Shown piece after piece: positions 15,597-27,699 of a stretch of 64,000 bases of DNA. Each line of letters begins with the position of its first letter. Position 1 is the first letter of the stretch. The notes beneath the pieces are model-generated. The model was not told the origin of the DNA and ran no database searches. It saw only the letters and a program-made list of their open reading frames with translations. The translations under genes were made by a program, and so were the position numbers. The stretch is taken from positions 158,962-222,961 of the forward strand of contig NW_002060980.1 of NCBI RefSeq assembly GCF_000150275.1, read 5' to 3'. The stretch comes from Trichoplax adhaerens. Lineage: Eukaryota > Animalia > Placozoa.

Positions 15597-18195
15597 ATGG
15601 TAAGAGCGTTTAAACTTTTTCCCGATTTCGTTCTTATATTAACTTTACTTATTAGGCAAAATCAATGTGCTCACATCGATTATGATCGAATGATTTACGC
15701 CATCGAAGGTCTGGCTGACTATTACAGCGCAATCAAGCAAGAGATAATCATTGATAGTACCTTGTCATTTCATTTTACTAAAGGTAAGATCCTAGTAATA
15801 TACAAAAGGCGAATCCGAGAGATAATTTAAGTTCAAACTCTGAACTGGCTAAATTTTCACAAGATCACGACAGTTAATGATAGAGAAAATATGTATAAAA
15901 ATGATTCGATTAACGTTGGTAGAATTGTGTTTGCTGTTAGAATGTTCCTGTATTCTGTTATTTTATTGTCGAATACAGATTAGGTTACCATTTTTAGATT
16001 AACTGACTTCAATTTACCTCGTAGAATGCAAAATGTCCTTTGACAAGTCTTTTATTAGTCTAAATAAAATTCCCTTACTGAATTATTATTAGCTTGCTTG
16101 CCTCCTAAATCTTTTTGTAGATAGCGACTATACGTTATGAAATAGATAAACTATTGTAATATAAGATAGAAATATAGGTATTATGTTAGTGAATGTCACA
16201 TAGGATGTTGCTTTAATTTATACTATAAAATTGTCATCAAATTTGCTAGGGTACTTAAGAACCATTTTAGAAGATGCATCTAGAAATGAATCGTTATTAA
16301 GTCATAATCAATTGGATCGTGTGACAAAATTATACGATAGGTTTAGAGGATTGATAGAAGATACTGCACCCACTATCAGCCAAAAACACTACCAGTATAA
16401 ATTTCTGATACCGCTTTACGTTAGAAATTTTAAAGTCCCACGAAAATTACGAAAGCTTAATCACACCTATGTACAGCAAAGCCAAGAACATTCAGTGTCT
16501 CGTCATTATTCCAATCAATGCTTATGGGAGATAGTTGGATCCTGGCCATATTATAGACGACCATGTAATTTATCAGGTGATTCTTGACCGTACTAATCTT
16601 AAATTGGTTACGAAAGTCTGTAAGCTTATGAAAGCAATTTACCATTATCTAAAAAGGATTGGACTATGTTAAAAATGCAATATAATGTTCCCAATCAATA
16701 GCATGCAACATGCCCATACTTGTGCTATGTTCTCGATTTATTTATTTTTATGTGTTGCATCATGGTTACATACGTATACTGTACGTATAGTTGTATACTG
16801 TATCTGGTTCTTATAGACGTATAGTTCATATAAATTATGACAACTAAGTAATAGTTCTATTTGATTCTTTGATTTGTTCCAGATATTTGCGTCAAGTTTA
16901 TTTCTCAGTTACACAGCAACAATTATATAATTACACATCAAGTATTGGCATTATCATTTGGTCGCCAATTCCACTGTCAACATCAGATTGCCCCCTTATC
17001 TTCAGCTTTTGGCAGTGTTGGTAATCTAGAGGCTATTCTATGCTCAAGAGTACATAAAGAAATGTACAGCTCTCTGTATAAAGGCCTAACTAATTTAAAA
17101 TTACAAGATTTATTCACTGAACAGGTCGATGTATGTGGCTCTTTAGAATTTTTCGAAGATTTTATTAATGAAACATACGTTGACATGGTGTTAGAGTGGC
17201 AAACAACTCAAGGCTGCTATATGCAATATAATGGAACTTACACATCCATATTTCCTAATGAGAGGTACTATTATCTTTTTGTATTGCTAAATTTATTTTG
17301 AATTATAAATGGTAACTGCTACTGGTATATAATTAAGACGAAAATCTCCATCAACTTTAAAGTAGAGAAGTAAGGTATCCTATTTCGTAATAGTCCAGTC
17401 TTTCGAAGAATTGATATTGACAACAAATGCCGTTCTATCAGCATAATTATCTACGGTTGGCGACTAGTTTACTGTTCTATTAATATGGCAGATATTTTAT
17501 TTTATATTACTTACATTTGAACATTATATATTGAGAGAGCACAGTGCCATCGATGTGGTTATGTTAACAGTAGCTTAATCATTTAATGATAAAAAGTTAG
17601 AAAAGTGGTAACATAATGAATTGATATAGTTACTTGATCTTCTTTACATGATTTAACTGAATCCTAGTAACGGCACCAAGTTAGCGCCATACTATTCACG
17701 AAGCAAACGAAGCGATAGCACTGGAACAGGTATTTGAAAGTAAAGTACTTGCGTCATTTAAAGTTTAAATGGATTTTAGCTAATGTGATATTATTACTTA
17801 CAGTTACTCAGAAATATCGTCATCCGTTACATCATAATTCTTCACTTAGAATAGTAAAATTTATAAGCTTTCCGCAATAGAAATTAATTGAATGCCTAAC
17901 TTTCTATTACAAAAGGTATATTATTGACTCGAATTTCGATTGTTTTATTTAAGATGGTTGTCATCAGCATATCTCCTCTACAGCTACTGTGTTGATTGTT
18001 GCTCATTTGCGTTGGTTAACTTTAAAGGGTGAACATAGTCAAGCAAGTGGAGCCAGTGGAAAATTAGTACCAAATTACATTCTGGCAGTGGTATTAATAA
18101 TAATTATGGCTTCTGGTGTAGGAAGTGTCATCTTTTTATATATCAAACGAACAATTAAGAGGAGGCACTATCATCTGGTTAAGCAACAAGAATGA
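15597..18195 (+). CDS. UPF0764/C16orf89-like type-I membrane protein, copy 4
   Basis: Exons 15597-15783, 16250-16576, 16883-17264, 17668-17729, 17954-18195. Motifs YIITHQ, QDLFTEQ..CG, EWQ..GCY; RSKR in exon 4; TM and YHLV tail. Confidence 0.9.
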
Positions 18196-21037
18196 AATTA
18201 CTTTTAACGTATAGGAAGGAATAAACGGCAATACATGAATAATAAATTACTGCATGACACTATGCTGCTTGAAGTTACTGAATAAGCAAAAGGGTAGTTA
18301 ATGCGACGGTCATACATGTCGTTCCATGTCGAAGATAATTATTATTTTGCTGCCAATTGATAGAACAAGTATATTGTTAATCATTGTAATGTAATCATTT
18401 CACTGACACAACGTGTACCATACAGTATAATGTATATTGTCCAACAAGGAAAATTCAAAACAGGATTAGCGATTTTAGTTATCAGGTTTCATTTAGAAGA
18501 TAAAGCACTACAGTAAATGGGTATTTACTTACTTGGAACGCTATGTACGTCGGGTGAGACGATAGTATCTTAGCCTATAGAATATCCATACGCGCAATAT
18601 GCGATTCTGCGATGACATTGTAAGATAATTTACTAGTCTGGTTCGGATGCTGTATTGGAAGTGTTTTTAATAGGCTCGTATAATAAGACGACAAATAAAT
18701 TCCCATTATGAATTAATTATGAATTAGGATATGATTTTTAATCGTCATTTCCCTGCCATGGTATGGCTCAATTACAGTGCACGTGTACTGAAACGCTATC
18801 TGTCCAGTACTTCCGCATTGGAAAGATTTACAAGTAGGAAACTCTGCCTTAATATATAAACTTGACTTCACTGTGCAGATAGGCAACATTTTTAACCCTG
18901 TGTCTAGTGTAACAATGTCATGAATCGGCTCTGATACTTAATTTCATAAGTTCTACATCTATAATTTGGAAACGTCATAATGCAATTAATGGAATTATTG
19001 AAATTGTTAACTAATTTGGAAGCAGTTGAATGCCAGTAAGTCAATGAAATAGACAAGTTTAAGCAGTTTTGTAACGACCTGTATTAGTATGATAGACACA
19101 ACACCTACATATGAGGATATTACATGAAATAAAGTACAGTTGTCAGAATAGTTTCTTGTGAACGAAATACCAAAAAATGCGTTCGAAAAAGATTCGCGAT
19201 TAGATAAGTTATCGATGGATGCGAGACTTGCAAGTATTAATGTAGGTAGACGCATTGATATCAAAAATGTGTAATTAGGAAAAATATCTCCCTCAGATCG
19301 TGTTAATGTCTTGGCAACATAGGATTGTATTTAAAATTGGCACTTTATCACAGTAAAGTCATGAAGAATTTCCTCTAAGAAGTCCCTGATTTATTGTCTA
19401 TTCATGAGGCAGCCTTTGATGAAGTGAGTTGTAGCAAGTTAGTGATAGTTGTCCTTTTTTTTCTCTAGCGCACGTGCACCATTCTATCCGTAGTAAATAT
19501 TTGAATTTGTATTTTTGTACCTTGCTTACTCAGAATAATAAAGTACAATTCATGATTTATATATAACTTGTATCGCATTTTGGGATAAAATGAATATGGT
19601 ACAGAGAGTCATACTGAATAGTACTTGTATATTGCAGGTGAGGTTAATATTTTTACGTATCGTGTTTCACATTTTTCCGTGATATTGTTCTATCCGATTT
19701 TGCACAAAGCATTACTTTACCGAAGATTGAATTTGTAAATCAGATATTTCGGTGCAGTATATCAATTTATTGCGCTGTTTGGCTACTTAGGCTAGCCAAG
19801 ATGATGGACGCCTAAATACACTATATGTAATTATATAATTTAATTACTCATGCAATTTGACGGTATTGCTTGGACTGTGAAATTCTATTCTTCCATGACT
19901 GAGGTAATATACACTCACTTCGATTATATTATAACTATGTTTTCATACATAGTCATAAGAAGAGTTTTATTGCCAATCAATATACCAGTCCTTTGTGGAA
20001 ATGAGCCATTTTTTTATTGCAAAGAAGTACCTTGAAACAAGAGGTGATTTCTAAACAAATACCACGGGAAAAATTACAAGCTGCGGGAAAATCCACGCGT
20101 GTGCCCAAGTGAGCACACACTATGGGTTTTGATTGGGACACAATTGGTTGTTAACTGTCATTAGGGCTGTCAGAGTTTGGGCTTTCGATTTTAATCTCTT
20201 GCGTGCTTTTCAATAAATGGAATACCCCCAACAACCAGCAATGACTTTTTTTTTTATCTCCAGCGTCTGTACCGTACACAGTCGATAAGATATTCATCGA
20301 TCCATAAAGGCGAAGGTACGATAAGGTAGACTACCAATGACTGCAGTATCCGTGAGAAGGGTAATTGACTGAGGACTAGAAGATGCAATTTTTACCAATG
20401 GTAACTCATGATCGTATTTGAAATGGTCCTAATTCAGTAAGCATTTCCAGCGATGACAGAATTGATAGAAGCCATCTTTCAGTCCTTGCTCAAGTTGAGC
20501 ACTAGCAAATTTGTATACTACTCCTAGCAAAGAAAGCAAAATGATTTCATTGCTGTGTGCTTTCGTATGCTAGTTGAAGAGTATTTTGTAATGTTGTTAT
20601 CGTCCCAATGCTGTCCGGTCAGTACGATAGCCTCGGTCATGCATAGTAAGCAATCAGTCGTAATAGCCTATCGTAGGTCAAGATCCGACGACGCTTTCAA
20701 GGTACAATACAGGCGATAATGTTTATCGTTGAAGATTGCGTTATTCTATCGACACCCACTTACTGATACCAACTGATACAGGTGAAAATCTCTATCCCAG
20801 GTACGCCCATGACAGTCCCCAATCATGCGTACAACGTCAGATACCGTCGCTATCTGACGTTTTTGTTGATCTACTGGACTGCCTTGAAAGATAGCGTCAA
20901 TTGCGTCTAGCCTGAGGTGAATAAACTGACGGTATAAATACGAGCGTGATTGAAGGTGAAGGGATCCATGCTTCAAGTGCGCTATTGGTTACGCGTCGTG
21001 ATTGCTCGAATTGCAAAGTGGGAAGCTTGCGTTGGGA

Positions 21038-23118
21038 ATGGCGGATAATTATCGTAAAGTTCATAGCATTAAGCCACAACAGAAACGTAAAACACCCATG
21101 TGTGCAAGATGTAGACGACATGGAATCGAGATTCCAGTTAAAGATCATAAACCCACTTGTCCTTACAATGAATGTGATTGTGATAAGTGCAAAGAATATT
21201 TTAAAAAAAAGCGCAACTCTGACTCGTACAACTCCAATGAATTCGCTTCACACGGTAGGTCTTGATAAAACGATACAAACTATACCTTTCTTCGGAAAAT
21301 GCCTTTTAATAAAATAAAAATGCAAGGTTGTTGCCTAAAGGAAATATGGTCATGATGCATGTCTTATTACAAGCTATACTTTACTGAATGCTTTGTGATA
21401 CAGGTAGTGACAGTACTCTTTCAAGCTGTAGCATTTCACAAAATTAAATTGCACTTTGACTTACTTGATAGTACATTGAATTCGAACCTCCTAATTATCC
21501 TCTATTTTTGTCAATTAACTGCTGTAAATGGCTGAAATGAACTGCATAGAGGATTGTTCAGGGTTTTTTTAGTATTATATGCTATTCTACGCTTCAAAGT
21601 AGTAGGGGACGGTATCTTGGGAGAGTCATTTCATCGAATAGATTTTATTTCAGATACTGTACGTATTTGTATTTTTCACTGTATTGTGCTATACGCGTAA
21701 ATTGAAATACCACGTCGTAATACGTATATACTCATTTTGTATACAGTATATGTATACAAAATTTGTACTGTTGGTATTCTGCCGGCTAAATTTCGTAGAA
21801 ATTTTCGTCATATATTGTCATACATCAACAGCAGATAAACAATTAAGACGTCCCGAGCTAATCTATTATCCATAGGATTGTTGGAATTGACAATTTGGCA
21901 ATACTGTACATAGGTGCTATTGTGAAATGTTCTACTAGTACTACGCGAATTAGCCTGTGATTTTTGGAAATTTACTAGTATATCTCGTCAGGTATTCAGC
22001 GGTCTGTCTAGAGAATTTCAAAACACTGATGGGAGAAATTTACTACTGTAACATCAAAGAATAGGCAAATCAATTTATGGACCTACTATTAGCTAGTAAA
22101 ACATGGTAGACATTCTAGCAATTAAGTCTATCGTAATGCCCAAGTCCAACACGGTAATGCATTGTATAGGTGAAAGCTCGCTTGGCTTATTAGTTATAGC
22201 TTCCAATTTGCTAGCCAATCATACCGAAATGCTAATATAGAAAAATATTAGCGCCTATGATTGATATTATTCTGAAATGATCTTTGTTATTGCTTAGCCA
22301 AGTGAATAATAATGAGCTCTAATGAAGATCGACAATAAAGAAATTTTACGAGATACTGTCATTTTAAGCTGTTCGCGAATTGTCAGTAGTTGAGTTCCTT
22401 TTCGGTAATTTTTGTGACGTTATCACTATTTCTTTACAGTATACTGAAATATGAACAAAACATATTGAAAAATTGTTTACAAATTTTAAGAAAGCGCAAG
22501 TAAACTAAATATCAACTACAGTAATGGCGATGACAACTATTTTCATTGTCGTTCTTATGCTACATTTATTTCAAAGTGTCTTGGAAAATAAATAAGGAAC
22601 TTTGCTTATCTAATGTTCAAAGTTGGGAGCGCTTAGTTATACATCTCTAAAATGTTTATGCGACTATATTCAGTTGGTAACTTGCGAATCTAGTACGTTT
22701 ATAAAATAAATATTTACCTTTATATTCATAGAGGATGGAAATTTCCCAAAAGATGACGCTTGTTATTATTGGTGCGAATGGTTAGGAAAAATTTTTCCCG
22801 AAGTTCCACCAGAACGAAGAGAAGAAATCCTAATCCGATCTGGCATGGACGTAATGAAGAGTATATTGCATTTAAAAGTGAATTATTATAGGTTCCAACA
22901 CCCATACAGTCAACAGCTAGCGAATCTTCCTAGTTTAATGATGAAGCACCCATATTGCAGTAACATCTGCAATTCGTTCCTTCGATCACCTCCATTTTTA
23001 GAAGCAAATGGTTCCAGCTAATCAAGCAACGACGAGTCCTTCGGTAGCCTCTCAAACGGACGCTGTTGCAGCGCTTATGTCTTTAACTAGAGTCAATATG
23101 AAAAATTTGGGTAGATAA
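21038..23118 (+). CDS. Dmrt: Doublesex/Mab-3 related transcription factor (DM + DMA domains)
   Basis: Exon 1 (21038-21254) encodes PMCARCRRHG...KDHKPTCPYNECDCDKC, the DM zinc module. Exon 22732-22877 encodes WLGKIFPEVPPERREEILIRSGMDVMKSILHL (DMA/CUE-like). A probable last exon 23002-23118 follows a TTTTTAG acceptor in frame. Confidence 0.85.
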
Positions 23119-25329
23119 AAACTAATTGCTTTAAATAATTTATCAGTGTTATACAGTGCGCAAATGTATAGTACTGTGGCTAAATACATTGATTGTTAGC
23201 AATTGAAAAGTAATTTTGTATGCATAATTTCCATTCAATCTCATCAACATGTTCTATGCATTGAAACCATTGCTTTATCAACTACTGTGTACTATGGGGT
23301 TCAGATACAAGTGCAGTATAATGCACAGTTAAGTTAGTTTTGCTAGTGGAAGAGCTGTATTTTCTTCGATACAGCGGATGATTTTTGCGGGAATAATTTT
23401 GAGAATCAGTTCTAGTAGGACGATAACACTTAATGACTGTACAATATGAAGTTTGTTCTGCAATTTATTATGGTGATGGAATTTTGCTAGTTTTTTTTGA
23501 TTGTCAACTGTATTTGGTTATTATTTACTGAAGATGCAGTTATAATCTTTTAATGCCGCAGTTGGTTTGTTTTATTAAATATGCGATTAATTGCAACGAT
23601 TGCAACATTTTGCCCCTAAAGTATGGACGTAGCAGTAGGATGCTTCAGATGGAAGTATTACTCGTCATCAGGATTGTTATCCTCTTCAGTGCTGTAATTG
23701 TATTTTAATAAGCTTTCTTGCTATTGACATAGACATATACTAAATGTTGTTGTTCAAGCCAGGCACATGTCGTGATCGCTTCGAGTCTGGATACTTACCG
23801 CTAAACACTGGCAATAGTTATCGTAATATGTTCAAGTTATTTTTTCTTCGTAAAACTAAAGACTACTTTCATTTCTAATTCATTATTATACATCACATAA
23901 CAACATAGAGTACCTGTTTTTCAATTGAAATCAAAATAATGATAATAAAAAGCATGTTATTTTTTCATGCAAGCCTTCAAATGCAATGTATTCGCGGCTC
24001 TTCTTCAATCAGCACATTGGTACAGGGATCTTGATGATAAAAAGAGAAAACTGATAACAGTCCGATACCACTGCAATATAACAATGCCAATTATTTATTA
24101 CACGGGCATAAGTAGTTTATCTCTTGCAAATGCACTTTACTTCCGGTTTATAAAATCAGGGCTATATTGTACTACTTTAAAAAGAGAGAGATTATTCCAG
24201 ATGTCAAGCACTGGTACAGCCGAGTAAGTAGTAGGATAGAAGCATTTCAAGAGCTATTTATCGGACTTACCAAAAGTAAACTGTTTAGTGCAGTGGGACA
24301 GTCAAATTGATATGCCGCTGATCGACATGCTGTAGGATAAACTGCGATAAAACGACAATGTATCTTGGTGGCAATCCTTTCCTTCGCTGATATCATTCTA
24401 CACAGGCATGTTTCTTTTCACCTAATTCAAACAACCACTATCACGGTCAGTCATTGTATCGGTCTACCTATTTAGGCGTTAGATTTTATTGCAATTTGTT
24501 AGACTGCTTGATGGCTATGGCCATCGTTCTAGGCGACATAAAAAGATATTGCCATCGGACTATTCAAATCAATTCCAGATGTCCATAGCTAGACTACACT
24601 TATATTAACTAAAGTTTGTACTGCATAGGCCTCATGCTATATACGATACAATGGAGTACTCTATGTCAATACGAGTAGTCTGCTATTCTGCTGGTCAATA
24701 TGGAATTAGAATTCATCGATAGTCGCTCGTCACTGTACGATATTAGCATGGCAGACAGTATCGCCCTACCGAGCAATAAAATCCCTAAACTGTCACAAGC
24801 AATTTCTTGAAATACCTCCAGAATTTAGTGCCAATTTTGATTGATTTATACCGTTTCCACCTATTACAAATCAACTGATTTGTTTATACTATCAAAATTA
24901 GATTAAATTAGCATCAAAGACATGAAAATAAGATCAAGATCGGATTGCTAAGGATAGAAATTTATCTGCTATCGCATACCGATAAATTATTTCTAGCGCA
25001 TATTTCGTTATCATGCTATCGTCTTGGCTGTGAAAACGAGAAACTTTGATACGATATAAAACTATTCTAAACTACAGTACTGGACCCATAGTGGATGAAT
25101 CTGGCCAATTTTGCCGCCCTTCTTCCTGCTGCTGAAATCTCTCTAGTCTATATCGCTAGAAATGCGACGTTCGCCATTTCTTATCACACGCAACAAGAGT
25201 GTGGGACGCCCAGTATTGCCACTATACGGTTATCAATGAAGATAGGCTGTGATCGAACCAAGTAGGACGCTGCTCAAGGCTAACATGCAATTTGTCCGCG
25301 TGGAAAATTGAGAAATTTTTCTATCTTGA

Positions 25330-27050
25330 GTTAAGTTATTTACTTACATTTAGGTGCAGTTCGTGGTAGCAAATAAATAGAGTTATACCAATGTATTTAC
25401 TCCCAATAAGGCGATATAATTATACAGTCATCATCAAAGTTGATGAATATCATTCAAATTTATCAAGCAAATTCAATCATCGACGATAAGTTTAATTTAG
25501 TTTTCAGCTTTTGCAAACCATAATCCTACAATTCGTAGTAATTCTGAATTTGAATAAATTGTATGGGTAAATGAAGTAGTGAAAGATTTGATTTCAATGG
25601 TGCTTAGATTCAGCCCTTTAAAAAATGATATTAATGGAATATAGCCGGATAACGTCATGACGGCTTTGATTTCGATGATGTTTAGTTTCAGCTCTTTGAA
25701 AAAATCATATCATTCCGTCATTTTTTAACCTATTCTAGTCAGATAGTTCATTGAATACTTTGACTTCAAGGATGCTAAGTTGCAACCCTATTAGAAAAAT
25801 TACATAATCCTTTTCAGTTACCATACTTCTTAATGTAATACTTGTATAGTCCGATAACGTAATGAATGCTTACTTTTAGTCCCTAGAAGAAATCATAACA
25901 TTCCTTCATTTACTAATCAAATAGAGTAGGATATAGAAGTCAATGCTTTGATTTCAATGGTGCTTATTTTTAGCTCTTCGAAAAATCACATAATCCCCTT
26001 CATTGACTCTAATTCTTATTGCAATGCCGTTGGATAACGCAATAAATGCTTAATTTACCGTCATTCTTAGCCGATGAGAATTATGGTCAGATAACGTATT
26101 GAATACTTTAACTTTCAACCATGCTAAGCTGCAGCCCATATGGAAAATTATAGTACATAATTCCTTTCACTTAATATAATTCTTAAATGTAAATATAGTC
26201 GAATAGCGCAATAAATCATTTTGATTGTAATGATGCTTAGTTTCAGGCCTTTATAAAAATCATATCATTCCTTCATTGGCCATTATTCTTATGGAATATG
26301 GCAGGATAGCATAATGATCAGTGGATCCTTTAATTTCAATAACATTTATTTTCAGCTCTTTGAAAAACCACATAATCCCTTTCATTTATTGTAATTTTTA
26401 ATGTACTGTAATAGTGTAGGATAACGCAATAAATGCTTAGATTTCAATGGTGCTCAGTTTCAGCCTTTTGAAAAAAATCATATTATTTTTTCTATTTACT
26501 ATAATTGTTAATCTGGAATGATCAGATACTGTAATAAGTATGTTAGCTTCAATTATTGCTCACTTTTAGCCCTGTGAAAATCATACTATCCCTTCTATTG
26601 ACCATAATTTTAGTTTAAAGAGTCAGACAGAGCGAACAAGGCTTTCCTTTAAAATTACGCTAATCCCTCACTTGTTAGCTTCGGCTCTTGGAAAACTTAC
26701 CTACCCAGTAATGTGCTTATTGACTGCCATTCCTAATCGAATGGGGTTAGATAGCACAACGAATCAATTTCATATAGATTTACCTTCTCTTGCACTAAAT
26801 TGGAGAGTAGAGTAGAAATAGCCTCTTGCTGATAAATATGGTGATATGCGACTGCATAGTCAGTAGGATTACTTTACTACTGGACTGACGTAAATCCATG
26901 TGCTCATAGCAGACAGATAATATCATACATCTTGGCATTTCGTTCTGCGATACAACTACGACATTTCTATAATCCATTTGAATCAAGAAACAATAATCAT
27001 TGGTATACCAATAAAACTACCACGATGAACAATCCAAGATACTCGATGAT
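25330..27050 (-). pseudogene. Possible decayed LRR-like surface protein gene
   Basis: The minus strand reads a hydrophobic leader (YLGLFIVVVLLVY), a Cys cap-like segment CRSC...IIC...GFTSV, then repeats such as LKLSTIEI*AFIALS, LKISTIEIKAL and LQLSILEVKVFNELS. Many stops and frameshifts. Confidence 0.35.
25580..26700. repeat. Degenerate ~105-110 bp tandem repeat (~10 units) with a ~350 bp higher-order duplication
   Basis: Recurring gatttcaatg.tgctta.tttcagc.ct..gaaaaatca.at.at.cc at ~25590, 25668, 25762, 25950, 26110, 26223, 26332, 26440, 26546. Confidence 0.8.
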
Positions 27051-27699
27051 GTATGTGCACCGTGAAAGCAGCAGCAATAACCCGCTTCAAGGTAGGACCA
27101 CGGTAGAGCATGGAAAGCTAGAATTTTTTCTTGGTCGATGGTTCGATTGAATAGAGTGTAGTCGTAGATAGCTAGCATCGAAGTCTACCACGGAATAGAA
27201 ATATCACCGATTCAATGATGAATTACATATCATATCGCCTGTCATTAATGGGGTTGAGTTTTATTATGTCGATGCAAATAATTTGGAATCTGTATTAACT
27301 TGAGAAAACTCAACCACTTTTTAGCTCGTCCAGCCTTAATTTTGACACGTGCTTTCCTTATATCGATTCAGAGCAAGGCTGATTAGTTCCAACATAGACT
27401 AAAAATACCGGTGTTTTAGTAGCTCATGGTTGCGATAAAAAGGAAAAGAATTTTGTAAATTATTGTTGTGCCTATGGCATAGATAAATATTAATTATTTC
27501 ATTCTAAGCTAGGCCTATTTTCTACACATATTTGTTTAAATGAAGGAAGTTGTTGTAGTCGTGAAAATAATATCGTTAGCTATAATCAACAAATACTACT
27601 AGTAACAGTATTGACCGTACTTTATTCATCAATAACATGCTTAGCACTATATAGATCTGTCGCAACTATTTGTTGTTGAGCAAACATACCATCATCCGG

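Noticed and set aside
18610-18925. ACAATGT/ACATTGT cores as Dmrt autoregulatory sites
   Set aside because: The same 7-mer occurs elsewhere in this AT-rich window; no enrichment can be shown.
20946-21317. 123 aa ORF and antisense ORFs over the Dmrt exon
   Set aside because: Shadow frames of the DM-domain exon, with no recognisable motifs.
25580-26700. Regularly spaced repeats as a CRISPR array
   Set aside because: The context is eukaryotic, whole units are homologous and degenerate, and there are no unique spacers or cas genes.
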